From Calditrichia bacterium (GTDB lineage: Bacteria > Calditrichota > Calditrichia > RBG-13-44-9 > J075): a stretch of 64,000 bases of DNA. Where the stretch lies: positions 205,300 to 269,299 of the forward strand of contig JANQRS010000068.1 in assembly GCA_028284445.1 (NCBI GenBank), given 5' to 3'. A model generated the notes under the pieces. The model ran no database searches, had not been told where the DNA came from, and saw only the letters and a list, made by a program, of their open reading frames with translations. Positions 39,465 through 49,900 of this stretch are shown piece by piece (position 1 is the stretch's first letter; the number at the start of each line of letters is the position of its first letter). A program made the position numbers and the translations under genes.

Positions 39465-40583
39465 TTACTGCGAGTGTGATTTCCTGAATTGTAAGGGCGT
39501 CATGCCAGTATGTTTTTTGAAAGATGCATTGAATACGGACTTACTATTAAATCCTGACGCATACAGGATTTCAAGAACGGTCCGCTTCGGATTTTCTTCT
39601 TTGATCAGCAAGCATTTGGCTTCTTCAATTCGATAGGCGTTGACATAGTCGTAGAAGTTCTTCTCAAAGGAAGCGTTAATCACGTAGGATAAATAGCGTG
39701 GGCGGATGGATAATTTTTCGGCAAGTTCGTTAAGCGTTAGCGTCGGGTTCAGATAGATTTTTTCGTCCTCCATGATCGCGACCAGTTCATGTAGATACTC
39801 TAACCGAGTTGCCTCAGGGAGAAACGGTTTACTGCGTTGTCGGGTTTTATCGATGCCGGCAAATAGCTCCGGTTGTTTTAGCCCTTTATACACAATCATG
39901 TTTGCAAAGATGAGCAATGAAACAATTGACATATTGTCCATGTAAACAGATCGATGCCCTAAAATTTGAAATGCAAACTCGATCCCTGCTGTGCCCCAAA
40001 GAATAATGAATGCAAACACAATTAGCTGTAGCCAGGTGAGCTTTTGATGCCCGATGGATGAATAGCCCTGCTTCAGTTCGTCCTTATAAACGGACAGCAG
40101 GTAGATTGTCGCGATGCTGTAAGCAAGGAAATGCACATATATCGCTGCCACAATAGTCACGTACTCAGTTTCCGTCAGCACGCCAGTCATCATAAGTTCA
40201 ATTTTTTCTTCGGATGAATAAAAATGGAAGTGGGTTGACATAAAAACCAGGTGGATTAGAAAGGGAACGACATGAAGCAGATGACGCTTTGTCAGCGTAA
40301 AGTTCTTATAAGCCAATGACTGTGCATACAGCAACAATGCCGGACCGAGCAAAAAGTCGAATGATTCGCCGAAGTAGAAAAAGTGAGGAGATATGGCGAT
40401 GAATGTATCCTTGAATTGGAAGGCCGTATAGTTCAAAAAGCACAGCGCTTTAGAAAACAGAAAAAAGGAAAACAGCCTGTTGCTCAGGATGTTGCCCTTT
40501 TTCAGGCTCAGCAAAAAGAAAGAGAAAAACAGAAACTGAAAGATGGTGATAAAAGCGAAAACATCGTAAAAGGTAAGCTCCAT
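39465..40583 (-). CDS. Membrane-anchored AraC-family transcriptional regulator
   Basis: About 7 N-terminal TM helices; C-terminal NFYDYVNAYRIEEAK...SGFNSKSVFNASFKKHTGMTP. Confidence 0.92.
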   Translation of the reverse strand: MELTFYDVFAFITIFQFLFFSFFLLSLKKGNILSNRLFSFFLFSKALCFLNYTAFQFKDTFIAISPHFFYFGESFDFLLGPALLLYAQSLAYKNFTLTKRHLLHVVPFLIHLVFMSTHFHFYSSEEKIELMMTGVLTETEYVTIVAAIYVHFLAYSIATIYLLSVYKDELKQGYSSIGHQKLTWLQLIVFAFIILWGTAGIEFAFQILGHRSVYMDNMSIVSLLIFANMIVYKGLKQPELFAGIDKTRQRSKPFLPEATRLEYLHELVAIMEDEKIYLNPTLTLNELAEKLSIRPRYLSYVINASFEKNFYDYVNAYRIEEAKCLLIKEENPKRTVLEILYASGFNSKSVFNASFKKHTGMTPLQFRKSHSQ

Positions 40584-40948
40584 TTGCGTCTCATTCCCGG
40601 GGACATTGCTGCCTTATACTGCTCTTTTGCAGGATTACGATACAAGAAAATGATTTGTTGCAGGTCAGTTCGGGGTGTTCCCAATTGACTGAATGAACTC
40701 GGTGGCCAAATCCGTTGCCAAAGGGTGGACTTGCGCCAGGCAAAATCGACTTATATATTTATGACAATGCTGCAGTGTCGTTTGGCGTGCAACTGAATGC
40801 CATTGCAAGCCACGGGGCAAAACGGGAAAAGATTAACGCGAATATTCACGAATATTCACGAATTGGCAAAAGACCGGAATAAGCTTTGAAGCGGTCTTCA
40901 GTAGAGCGCGACAACCTGTTCCAATGGGAGAAGACGGAGGAAGATACA

Positions 40949-41581
40949 ATGCCCTTGAAACCCGAAACTGTTGATCAATATCTCGAAAATGGCTGCGGCC
41001 GCTGCGAGTTTGGCGGTACTCCGCAGTGTAAGGTCCGGCCCTGGGTTGAGGTGTTAAGCTCTCTCAGAAGCATTATTAATGAATCGGCCCTGACTGAAGA
41101 AATTAAATGGGGTGCGCCCTGCTATACTTATGCTGGCAAAAATATCCTGACTCTCAGTGCGTTAAAGGAAAGCGTGGTGGTGTCGTTCTTTCGCGGGGCG
41201 GAATTGCAGGACCTGGAAAACATTCTGGAGAAGCCCGGCAAGAACTCCCGCTTTGCTCGTTATATTCGATTTACAGATGCTGAACGAATTTCCACTCTGA
41301 ATTCCGCGATCCTGGCATATATAAGAGAAGCCATTGAGCTTGAGAAGTCCGGCAAGAAGGCCGAAGCCAGCAAAGATGTATCGCTGGAATATCCGGAAGA
41401 ACTGATTCAAATCTTCGAAGCCAAACCGGATTTCGAAGAAGCCTTTTCCGCCCTCACTCCCGGCCGCCAGCGCGGCTATCTGATATATTTCTCCTCAGCA
41501 AAACAATCAAAAACCAAAGTTGCCCGCATCAAAAAATTCATGCCGAAGATTTTTGAGGGCAAGGGCTGGAATGAGCGGTAG
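40949..41581 (+). CDS. YdeI/OmpD-associated (DUF1801) family protein
   Basis: GCGRCEFGGTPQC, EEIKWGAPCY and LTPGRQRGY..YFSSAKQSKT motifs; SD GGAGG. Confidence 0.88.
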   Translation: MPLKPETVDQYLENGCGRCEFGGTPQCKVRPWVEVLSSLRSIINESALTEEIKWGAPCYTYAGKNILTLSALKESVVVSFFRGAELQDLENILEKPGKNSRFARYIRFTDAERISTLNSAILAYIREAIELEKSGKKAEASKDVSLEYPEELIQIFEAKPDFEEAFSALTPGRQRGYLIYFSSAKQSKTKVARIKKFMPKIFEGKGWNER

Positions 41582-41587
41582 GACAGT

Positions 41588-42208
41588 TTAATCTGCAGCT
41601 TTATACTCAACCAGTCGGGTAATGGGCATGGCCGGCAGATTGCTATCATTAAACTCTAAGTCGACCCTAACGATGCCGATACCGTTTTTCCAATAGTAAT
41701 GGTTGGTCAAGTCCATAAATATAGGATCATTCCGTTTAACTTTAATGAGTACACAATCTGTATAACTCCCGGAAGGGACCGAAACAGTTTCGTCTGTTGA
41801 CGTCACAGAGTAACTGATGCCATGATGTGTTCGGTGATCTCCCTCGATGAGTGGAAAAAATAGTAGAGGATATCCGTTTGAGTCGTCGACGGTGGAGTAC
41901 TGAATGAGATGACTGTCCGACAGATGCCAATACTCATCCCTGACCCAGGTTTGGCCTAAAGCTACTTCGGTTACAGTTTCCAACTTTATAACTTCCAGGC
42001 CATTGTTCAGAAAATCAGGACCTATAATCTCGGTCGTCATATTTACCAGCTTTTCCCTACTCCCAGTTGAAGAATTATATTCCCAGCGGGTGCCTTCTTT
42101 AGTAGAAAACTGTATAACATCCATTCTGGAACTAGCAGTTGGATCCTCGCAGGAAAACAGACTCAAAATCAGGATCTGTAAAGCAATCAAATAAACAAAC
42201 TTTTTCAT
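41588..42208 (-). CDS. Hypothetical lipoprotein
   Basis: Lipobox LFSC; ETVSVPSGSYTDC and YWKNGIGIV pattern. Confidence 0.75.
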   Translation of the reverse strand: MKKFVYLIALQILILSLFSCEDPTASSRMDVIQFSTKEGTRWEYNSSTGSREKLVNMTTEIIGPDFLNNGLEVIKLETVTEVALGQTWVRDEYWHLSDSHLIQYSTVDDSNGYPLLFFPLIEGDHRTHHGISYSVTSTDETVSVPSGSYTDCVLIKVKRNDPIFMDLTNHYYWKNGIGIVRVDLEFNDSNLPAMPITRLVEYKAAD

Positions 42209-42743
42209 TTCTCAAAGACCTCCCGTTTTATCGTACGATTGCAGCAACTACGTATGTCTATATCCAGCCACATGGCAGGACCGTTTACGCGTTCTAGTGC
42301 AAAAAATGATAGTTGGTTTCGATAAGCGGGGTGAAATAATTCTCACTCTCCAATCACTTATAAAAATTTAGAAAGAAAAGTCAATAGATGCAAGAATACA
42401 AGGCTATTGTCCGAGAAATTCCCTGTAAGAACAACACATGTTGTGTATTTGGGGCGCTGATTCTTGGCGGAAAGCGATGGGGGAGTTTGGGCTGCTTCAC
42501 ACCTTACCGGCAGGATAAAACCTATAGTTTTGTATGCAAATTTAATATTATGTGTTGGATTTGCATACACGCTAATTCCTGTCTCGAAACCTTTCCTGTG
42601 ACAGACAAGGTTAGAGCCATATCTCTTATGGATCTTATGCATGAAGTGGCTTAGGCTGAGTGAGAAGGACTGAAGATTTACCTGCAAACAAAGCTAATGC
42701 AATAGTGCACACTTTGGGATAAGTGTGCTTAACTGCGAGAAAG

Positions 42744-42781
42744 AAAACTGCCCATGCTTTAGTACAAAGTTGGGCAGTTTT
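42744..42781. terminator. Hairpin downstream of the DUF1272 gene
   Basis: AAAACTGCCCA...TGGGCAGTTTT arms with T-runs on both strands. Confidence 0.55.
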
Positions 42782-42841
42782 CCTCTTTTTCGAATATACC
42801 CGCTGATCGAGAATGCGCTGACGATACTCCGAAAGATAGGT

Positions 42842-43132
42842 CTATGCCTCGTGGGGGTGAATAGTTGGACAGAAAACGCCGCTTTTATTTGTTTCAATAC
42901 ATCCGTCTTTTTTGAGAACTCGATCCTTTGATGAAGGATATTTCTCCAATAGCTCATGTGGCCTGATCGGTCTTTGCGCAAAGTCACCGCCGCAATTGGG
43001 ACATATGCCATTTAGAATTGTTTCAGTACACTTTCTGCAAAAAGTACATTCAAATGTGCAAATCATAGCCTCCTCTGATGCGGGCGGCAAGTCTTTATCA
43101 CAGCATTCGCAATTTGGTTTGAGTAGTAACAT
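42842..43132 (-). CDS. DUF1272 family Cys-rich protein
   Basis: ML.LKPNCECCDKDLPP...ICTFECTFC..C...CPNCGG...RPIRP. Confidence 0.9.
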   Translation of the reverse strand: MLLLKPNCECCDKDLPPASEEAMICTFECTFCRKCTETILNGICPNCGGDFAQRPIRPHELLEKYPSSKDRVLKKDGCIETNKSGVFCPTIHPHEA

Positions 43133-43150
43133 AATGTTCCTTTCTGGCTT

Positions 43151-44155
43151 CTAACGGAATCTTTTTCGATAGCTGGATGGATCAATGGATAAATATCTGT
43201 GGAAAGCACGGCGCATTCCCTCCGGGTTGCTGAATCCACAGGCATGGGCGATTTCCTTTATCGACATCGTGGTTTGTTCAAGCTTGGTGCGCGCTGCCCC
43301 CACACGGCAACGATCCACGAACTTTCCTGGAGATGTTCCGACTTCTCGTTGAAATATTCGTGCGAAATTTCGTTCACTCATGGCAGCATATTTTGCCAAT
43401 CCCGATACGGATAAATCAGCATTGAGATGGTCGAGAATATACCGTTGTATATCACGTATGGCTGTAGAGCTACTTTCTGCCATCAAATGTTGGCTAAATT
43501 GGGCCTGTCCACCGGGACGTCGCAGAAATAGAACCAAGCGCTGTGCAACCAACAATGCGATTTCTTGGCCCCAATCTTCCTCAACCAGAGCAAGAGCGAG
43601 ATCCATGCCAGCTGCAACTCCAGCAGATGTGTAGATTGGTCCATCACGAACATAAATACAGTCTGGTACTACAGCGACATTAGGAAATTCGTGGGCTAGC
43701 TGCGCAGAATCACTCCAATGCGTTGTTGCTCTACGTCCGTCAAGTAGTCCAGCTTTTGCCAATAGCAGGGCTCCGTTGCAAACCGATGCGATGCGACGTA
43801 CCTCTGTCGCCATGCTGGTGAGCCAGAAAACCAATTGATGATTATGGCGGATATCTTCTATACCATCTCCCCCGGCAACCAGTAAAGTATCAATGTTGAA
43901 ATCAATTTCCCGAATATCCTGAGTTGCCACAATCTGGATCCCTGACATTGTATTTACCGGACCCACCTGGCTTGCGAAAATCTCAAAAGAATATGCTGAA
44001 CCTTGTGTAACTTGGTTTCGTTGGAGCCAACGATCCGCACACGCAAATACCTCTAACGGACCTGTAATATCTAAAGACTGGGCATTCTCAAAAGCAAGTA
44101 AACCAATCCGTCGATTGATATTTTTGGAACCGATTCTTGTATAAAGTTGAGTCAT
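43151..44155 (-). CDS. GlxA-family transcriptional regulator (DJ-1/PfpI + AraC)
   Basis: LDITGPLEVF, ASVCNGA, ATTHW, TSAGVAAGMD and RRPGGQAQFS motifs; C-terminal AraC HTH. Confidence 0.94.
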   Translation of the reverse strand: MTQLYTRIGSKNINRRIGLLAFENAQSLDITGPLEVFACADRWLQRNQVTQGSAYSFEIFASQVGPVNTMSGIQIVATQDIREIDFNIDTLLVAGGDGIEDIRHNHQLVFWLTSMATEVRRIASVCNGALLLAKAGLLDGRRATTHWSDSAQLAHEFPNVAVVPDCIYVRDGPIYTSAGVAAGMDLALALVEEDWGQEIALLVAQRLVLFLRRPGGQAQFSQHLMAESSSTAIRDIQRYILDHLNADLSVSGLAKYAAMSERNFARIFQREVGTSPGKFVDRCRVGAARTKLEQTTMSIKEIAHACGFSNPEGMRRAFHRYLSIDPSSYRKRFR

Positions 44156-44268
44156 AAGTAGATATTAGAATAGTTAATGTTTTGCTTGCAGTGATCTATA
44201 ATGACCATTGCAAAAACTAGAAGGCCTGTCTAATAGTTGCTGAGCACTAATTTATGATCATTAGATTG

Positions 44269-44418
44269 TGGCAACAATGACATTTAACCCTCATTTTCTG
44301 CCAAATATCAGTCATTTAAAGGGTACTGAGGCATCCGTCTGTTCCCGCATCAATACATTTACCTTCCGAACATTTCGCTATTCCCTAACGTAGATGTATT
44401 TGTCATAAATATGACAAA
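44269..44418. promoter_or_regulatory. Two candidate operator palindromes in the divergent intergenic region
   Basis: TGGCAACAATGA...TCATTTTCTGCCA (44269-44303) and the perfect TTTGTCATA-AA-TATGACAAA (44399-44418). Confidence 0.4.
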
Positions 44419-44476
44419 ATGTTAATATAAGAAAGCAATCTTCATAAGAATTGGCAACGAGGGGGCGAGAATCGTT

Positions 44477-46951
44477 TTGCCAGTCTACCAACACATGTTT
44501 CGTAATTCCCGGAATTTAGCGCTGCGTTTTTTGCTGGCTTTTGGCTTCTTTATCGGGCAATCAGGTGCAGCCCAGGACTCTACTGCATTGATCGTCACTC
44601 ATGCGCCAACTCCTGCGCCGGGACATTTTTCTGAAACATCCGATACCTACAAATGGTTTTATGATACCGAAGTAACGAACAGTCTTGATTTTCCGCTTAA
44701 GGTTGTGCGCTTCGGCGTTGCTTTTAAGCAACTCGGTGTATGGTCATTACCAGAAGATCGTGGCGAAGTTTTCGGCAATGCTGAATTTGTTCAGTGGTAT
44801 GGCAGTGGCGATTCATTGCCGGACGGATGGTTGCCGGCGGGTAAGGCCGCAAAGGTCAAAAAGAACTGGAATACCTGGTCGTCTGCTGTTCCCGCACCAA
44901 CGAAATGGGTATATACAGCCGTCGATTCACTTGGCAATGAATATCACGGCTACGGCATCGTTGACTTACAAAGTGTCCCCGTTCCGGTTTTGCATGGGAC
45001 CATGACTTACCCCACCACCTTCCTTTACAAGCAAGGTGACAATCCGGCCTGGGCCGAGAGCGATTTTGACGATAATGATTGGTTCAACATGCCTCTGCCG
45101 GGACGCTACCCTGAATCTTCCTCAGCAGGCATTCGCTGGTTGAGAATTCACCTGGAGGTGGATTCTTCGTTGCATGATATACCGCTGGGCCTTACCGTCA
45201 ATTGTCACGGGGCAACGGAAATATATATAGATGGCATGAAGGTTTTTCAACGTGGTGATATTGGACCGTCGATACAGGGAGAATTGCCGGTGTCGAGGAT
45301 TGAATATCCCAAGCCAACCGTCGTTACCTTTCGTAAACCGGAGAATGCTTCCGGGCAAAGTTATTCGCATGTGCTGGCCATTCGCCATTCCACTTATTTC
45401 CTCGAGGGCGCAGAGTGGTCGGGCAAAACGCCGGATATTAATTTCATTTTTGGTGATTATCAGGTGATGAGTGATGGCTATGTGGAATTGATCCGTAAAA
45501 TCTCCTTTCATCAAATGCTCCTGATGGGGATTTTCCTGGCTTTTGCTTTAATCCATTTGCTCCTCTATGTTTATTATCCAGCGATAAAGGCGAACCTCTA
45601 CTTTTCTCTGATAAGTTTGGTTGCCAGTCTCTTTGTCTTCACTTTTTTTCAGGACCGCTTCTTTGCCGAAAATGCTTTCCAGGAACTTTGGTTGGTGCGA
45701 GTGGGAAATTCCATCGTTGGCGTCCTCCTGCTGGCAATGCTGCGCTTTGTTTATGAGATTACCGGCCAAAAAGTCCCGCGATATTTTCTCTTACTGGTTG
45801 GCGCTGTTGCCATTTTCCTCATTTACAATTGGATGCGACCCTTTCAGGCATCAACGCCCGGACTGATGATTGTGTCCTTGTGTTTGATAGAAATAGTACG
45901 GACCATCATTCGTTTTCGCCGCAAAAAGGCAGAGGGCATACTCGAGGGTGCGTGGATTATTCTGCTTGGCATGGGAGCTGTTTTGCTCGGCGCAACTTAT
46001 CAAATCCTGGTTTTTGATCTGGATCTATTCCCGGCATTTTGGACAATCGCAGATTTCCCGGTGCTGTTTTACTCAGCACTACTGCTTATGCTTTCAATGT
46101 CTGTGGTTTTATCAAAGAACTATGCACGAACAAATACATCTCTTGAGGCAAAGCTCATCGAGGTAAAAGCGCTTTCCGAAAAAAATCTCAGGCAAGAACG
46201 AGAGCGTATGCAGTTGGAAGCTGAAAATCTTCGCAAAACGCGGGAGTTGGAAGAAGCCCGGCAACTCCAGTTGTCGATGTTACCGGAAAGCCCGCCGGTT
46301 TTGCCCGACCTGGAAATTGCCGCCTACATGGCGCCGGCAACGGAAGTGGGGGGAGATTATTATGATTTTAAACTGCATGATGATGGTTCATTAACAATTG
46401 CCATTGGCGATGCCACCGGTCATGGCATGAACGCCGGTACTATGGTTGCCGCTACGAAAGCGCTTTTTAGCTCTTTGGTTGATGAAACAGACCCTGCAAA
46501 TGTATTGAAAAAAAGCACCAGGGCCATCAAGAAGATGGGGTTGAAGAAGATGTTCATGGCCTTGACAGTGGCGAAGGTGAAAGATAAGCAGATGCGGATC
46601 GCCGCGGCCGGTATGCCTTATGCCCTGGTTTATCGGGCAGCTTCCTGCCAAGTCGAAGAAATCGAGCTGAAAGGTATGCCCCTTGGTAGCTTCGTTGACT
46701 TTCCTTATAAAGCAAAAGAATGTAAACTGGATGCCGGTGATATTGTCTTGTTTATGAGTGACGGTCTGGAGGAGATGTTTAATCACGAGGGGGAAATTTT
46801 TGGAGATGACCGCATAAAGCACTGCTTCAAGGAAGCCGTTTTGCATCCAGCCAGTAAGATCATCGATATTTTGAAGGTAGCCGGCAAGGATTGGGCGAAC
46901 GGTCGCGCACAGGAAGATGATGTCACCTTGGTGGTGATAAAGTTGAAGTAG
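44477..46951 (+). CDS. Membrane sensor with SpoIIE/PP2C phosphatase output
   Basis: Periplasmic beta-sandwich region (W...DFDD..W, GIRWLR), 7 TM helices, coiled coil, EVGGDYYD, GDATGHG, SDGL.E and EDDVTLVV motifs. Confidence 0.9.
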   Translation: MPVYQHMFRNSRNLALRFLLAFGFFIGQSGAAQDSTALIVTHAPTPAPGHFSETSDTYKWFYDTEVTNSLDFPLKVVRFGVAFKQLGVWSLPEDRGEVFGNAEFVQWYGSGDSLPDGWLPAGKAAKVKKNWNTWSSAVPAPTKWVYTAVDSLGNEYHGYGIVDLQSVPVPVLHGTMTYPTTFLYKQGDNPAWAESDFDDNDWFNMPLPGRYPESSSAGIRWLRIHLEVDSSLHDIPLGLTVNCHGATEIYIDGMKVFQRGDIGPSIQGELPVSRIEYPKPTVVTFRKPENASGQSYSHVLAIRHSTYFLEGAEWSGKTPDINFIFGDYQVMSDGYVELIRKISFHQMLLMGIFLAFALIHLLLYVYYPAIKANLYFSLISLVASLFVFTFFQDRFFAENAFQELWLVRVGNSIVGVLLLAMLRFVYEITGQKVPRYFLLLVGAVAIFLIYNWMRPFQASTPGLMIVSLCLIEIVRTIIRFRRKKAEGILEGAWIILLGMGAVLLGATYQILVFDLDLFPAFWTIADFPVLFYSALLLMLSMSVVLSKNYARTNTSLEAKLIEVKALSEKNLRQERERMQLEAENLRKTRELEEARQLQLSMLPESPPVLPDLEIAAYMAPATEVGGDYYDFKLHDDGSLTIAIGDATGHGMNAGTMVAATKALFSSLVDETDPANVLKKSTRAIKKMGLKKMFMALTVAKVKDKQMRIAAAGMPYALVYRAASCQVEEIELKGMPLGSFVDFPYKAKECKLDAGDIVLFMSDGLEEMFNHEGEIFGDDRIKHCFKEAVLHPASKIIDILKVAGKDWANGRAQEDDVTLVVIKLK

Positions 46952-46963
46952 CTGGTTTTCGGC

Positions 46964-49900
46964 TCACACCCAGGCCCGCAAATTACTACAATCATTCTCG
47001 GCATCCTGTACACCGCAGACCCTGCAGCGATTGAGGTCATAATAGAGATCGGTATCTACGGCCTCGCGGCGCTTGATGACCAAAACGATCGGAAAGCTGC
47101 TACGGTCCTCTTTGTTAAATGATGGTTGGTCTGCGAGATCATCATGGCGCTTTCTTTTTTCATCCATCCAGTAAAATTGATAGAGCGGTTCGCTTGTTTC
47201 CCGGTTCATAAATTGACATAAGGCCCGGCTGTACTCATACCATTCTCGAAAGGCGTCGAGGTTCCCAATCGGTAGAATGCGAATCAGCCGTATTTCGTGG
47301 CGCGGTACGTCACTTTGGTGCTTCATCGGGCGCTTCTTTTGGAAAAAGCCAAAAAGCCGATTGAGCGTGAAGTAGCTGTTTTGACAGGATGCGTCCTGGA
47401 AATAATCAACATTGAGAACCCAATCATCACTTTCGTCGCCTGAGGGCGAACAATAGGTTGGCTGACCGCGAAACACCAGCTGGTTTAGCACCTGAGAGAT
47501 TTGGCCGGGATGCGTCGCATTGCTGCCGCAACAAAAAATGCGGGCATATGGCGAAGACGGCGTTGGCAACTCTTCGGTCTTCGCCTGGGTCATGCTGCTA
47601 CAACACTGGTAGTTCTGGCTATGCCAAAGCCGCGAATCGCCGGTGCGATTGATTTGCGGATTTAGGCGCAGGTTATTGGCGCCGGCAACAAAATCCTGAT
47701 ATGCTGAAATCCGGCAGTGGGTCATGCCGGGACAGGCATATTTGCCACTTACACCGTTTTCATCCGGATCCATCATTACCTGTTGGAATTCTGTAATGGT
47801 GCTATCCTCACCACATTTGCGGCGAGTGAGCCGATCCAGTACTTCCGGTACCCCGGGCGGTTGCGGCTTCTCGTGCGTATCAAGCCTGCGCTGCAATGCT
47901 TCCAGCTCGCTGCGTCCATACATCTCGGCGATATCAAGTTCTTTTTCGCGATGTTTACGGCCATCGTTTACGTAGGTGCGCACAATGCGGCTGGTTTCTT
48001 CAGCGACGGCCTCAAAAATCGGTGAATCTTTTCGAACCGGGACCAGAGAAGCGTAACCACTCAGGGCGAATCCGTTGCCTGCCGGGTCGAGGGTGATATT
48101 TCGCAGGTGCCGAAACGAAGGCACGCGAATATCTTTGGCGCTTGCCTGCCAGAGCTGCTCCAGGAGATCCATGGTTGGCGGCACAAAGTCGATGCCGGAT
48201 AGCCGCGCCATGTAATTTGCCAATGCGCCCGGACGATTTGGAAAGCAACTGCTGATTTCCACAAATTGCTTTTCATGATGGGGCAATTTTTGTGGATTGA
48301 TGCCACTGTTCTCGGCACGCGATAGTGTGCGCCTGGCCCCGGCAATAATTTCTTCTGCATCCGACAAAGAGTCGGTGATTGTTTCACCAACCAGCTCACT
48401 AGTATAGTGATCGTAGCGGGCATGTGCCGGATAGCTGGTATCTAATGCCACCAGTTCATTGTGCATCTTGCAAAGGGCATCATAGTAGCGGGAGGCATCA
48501 CCGAGGATCAGACGCTCACGTTCATCGCCCAATGAAGTTGACAAGAGAATCAGCGGCAGGCGAAATTTCGAGGGTTGGCGCGTTTTTAAGCGTTCCAGTG
48601 CCCGTACGCAGCGAGCAAGCAGCAGCGAAGAATGTTCAATTTCATCATGATCGATGACCAGAATTTGCGGCTGATGCTCGCGAATACAAGCCTCGATACT
48701 GATGCTGTCCGCCTGGTTGACGACCCGCGTTGGAGAATTGATGGTGTCAATTTCCGGCACGTCGTCCGCCTCATCGGGGAATCGTCCGCCGGTCACGAAT
48801 GTCTGCGGCCAGGCAAGATCAAAAGTGTCTTTATTGTCTTTATCTTTTAGCACTGGATAGCCGATTCGTTCATCCGGAGCAACTGCTAAAAAGGCAATGT
48901 TTTCCTGAACCAGCGCCGATTTTTTCTCGAAACTACCCGGTAGCGAATTCCAGATATGTTCTACCATATAGTGGTTGGCCTTGTTGTTCCCCACAATCAG
49001 GATCCTCGGCCATTGATTTTTCGGCATCTTTTCCAGGGAGCGGACTTTCAGAATGGCGGTCCAAAGTTTATGGCCAAGGGTTTTTCCCTGGTTATGTTTC
49101 GGATAAACCAGCACGATGCGCCGATGGCGGGCGCGATAAGTAAGGTAAGAAATCTGATCGCTGCGGCTCACGCTCATGATGGTACTGATATTAGTGCGAT
49201 CCGCCTGTTCAAATACTGCCTGCACACTTTCTTCATCCGGCACCATACTGATGATCAATCGCGAACGCTCCAGGTTCACACGCGAGGGCATCGAGGCTTC
49301 GTTTGCCTCTCCAATCACCATTGGCACCAGGATGCGCGATTCCGGGTGTATGATATTGCCGCGCGGATCGCGGCTTTTGTAAATGCGCCGATGGGTGCTG
49401 GCCACGCCATATTCCCCAAGCGTCTGGTTTTCCCCAGCGTAGATCAGCTCGTCGCGGCGACGCTCAACAATCACCGCGTGGCTAGAGAGCATTTCAATGC
49501 GAATATCGGGAGTCACTACTTCCAGAAAATAGTCCCCGTTTTTCCCGCTGAGCATCTGATTGACTTCCCTTTCCACCACGCGCTGCCCGAGGCTGCCAAA
49601 TCCCAGGAAAACGATGTGCCCTTGCACCATCATCAATTGGGTGGAGAGTCGTTTGTTGAAGTAATCTGCGAAAGTAACATCCGGATTGATCGCGGAAATT
49701 ACCAGATTGCTGAACCAGGCGAAGAAGACCCCAATGGCCAGGATGATCTGATCCGCTTCTGTAAGGGTATCCAGCATCTGATATTGATCGACGGATACAA
49801 ATACAATAGGGGTAAAGAGGAAGATAAAGGTCAGCACCAGGCCCCCAGGCACCAGCACCGGTTTGTTCAGGAGGAGGGCGAGGGCAAAGTGCCGGAGATA

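Noticed and set aside
42358..42840. Possible RAYT/IS200 transposase remnant (SLSHFMHKIHKRY on the minus strand, EYKAIV on the plus strand)
   Set aside because: The fragments are on opposite strands and no HUH motif is visible; it would need a tblastn/HMM hit
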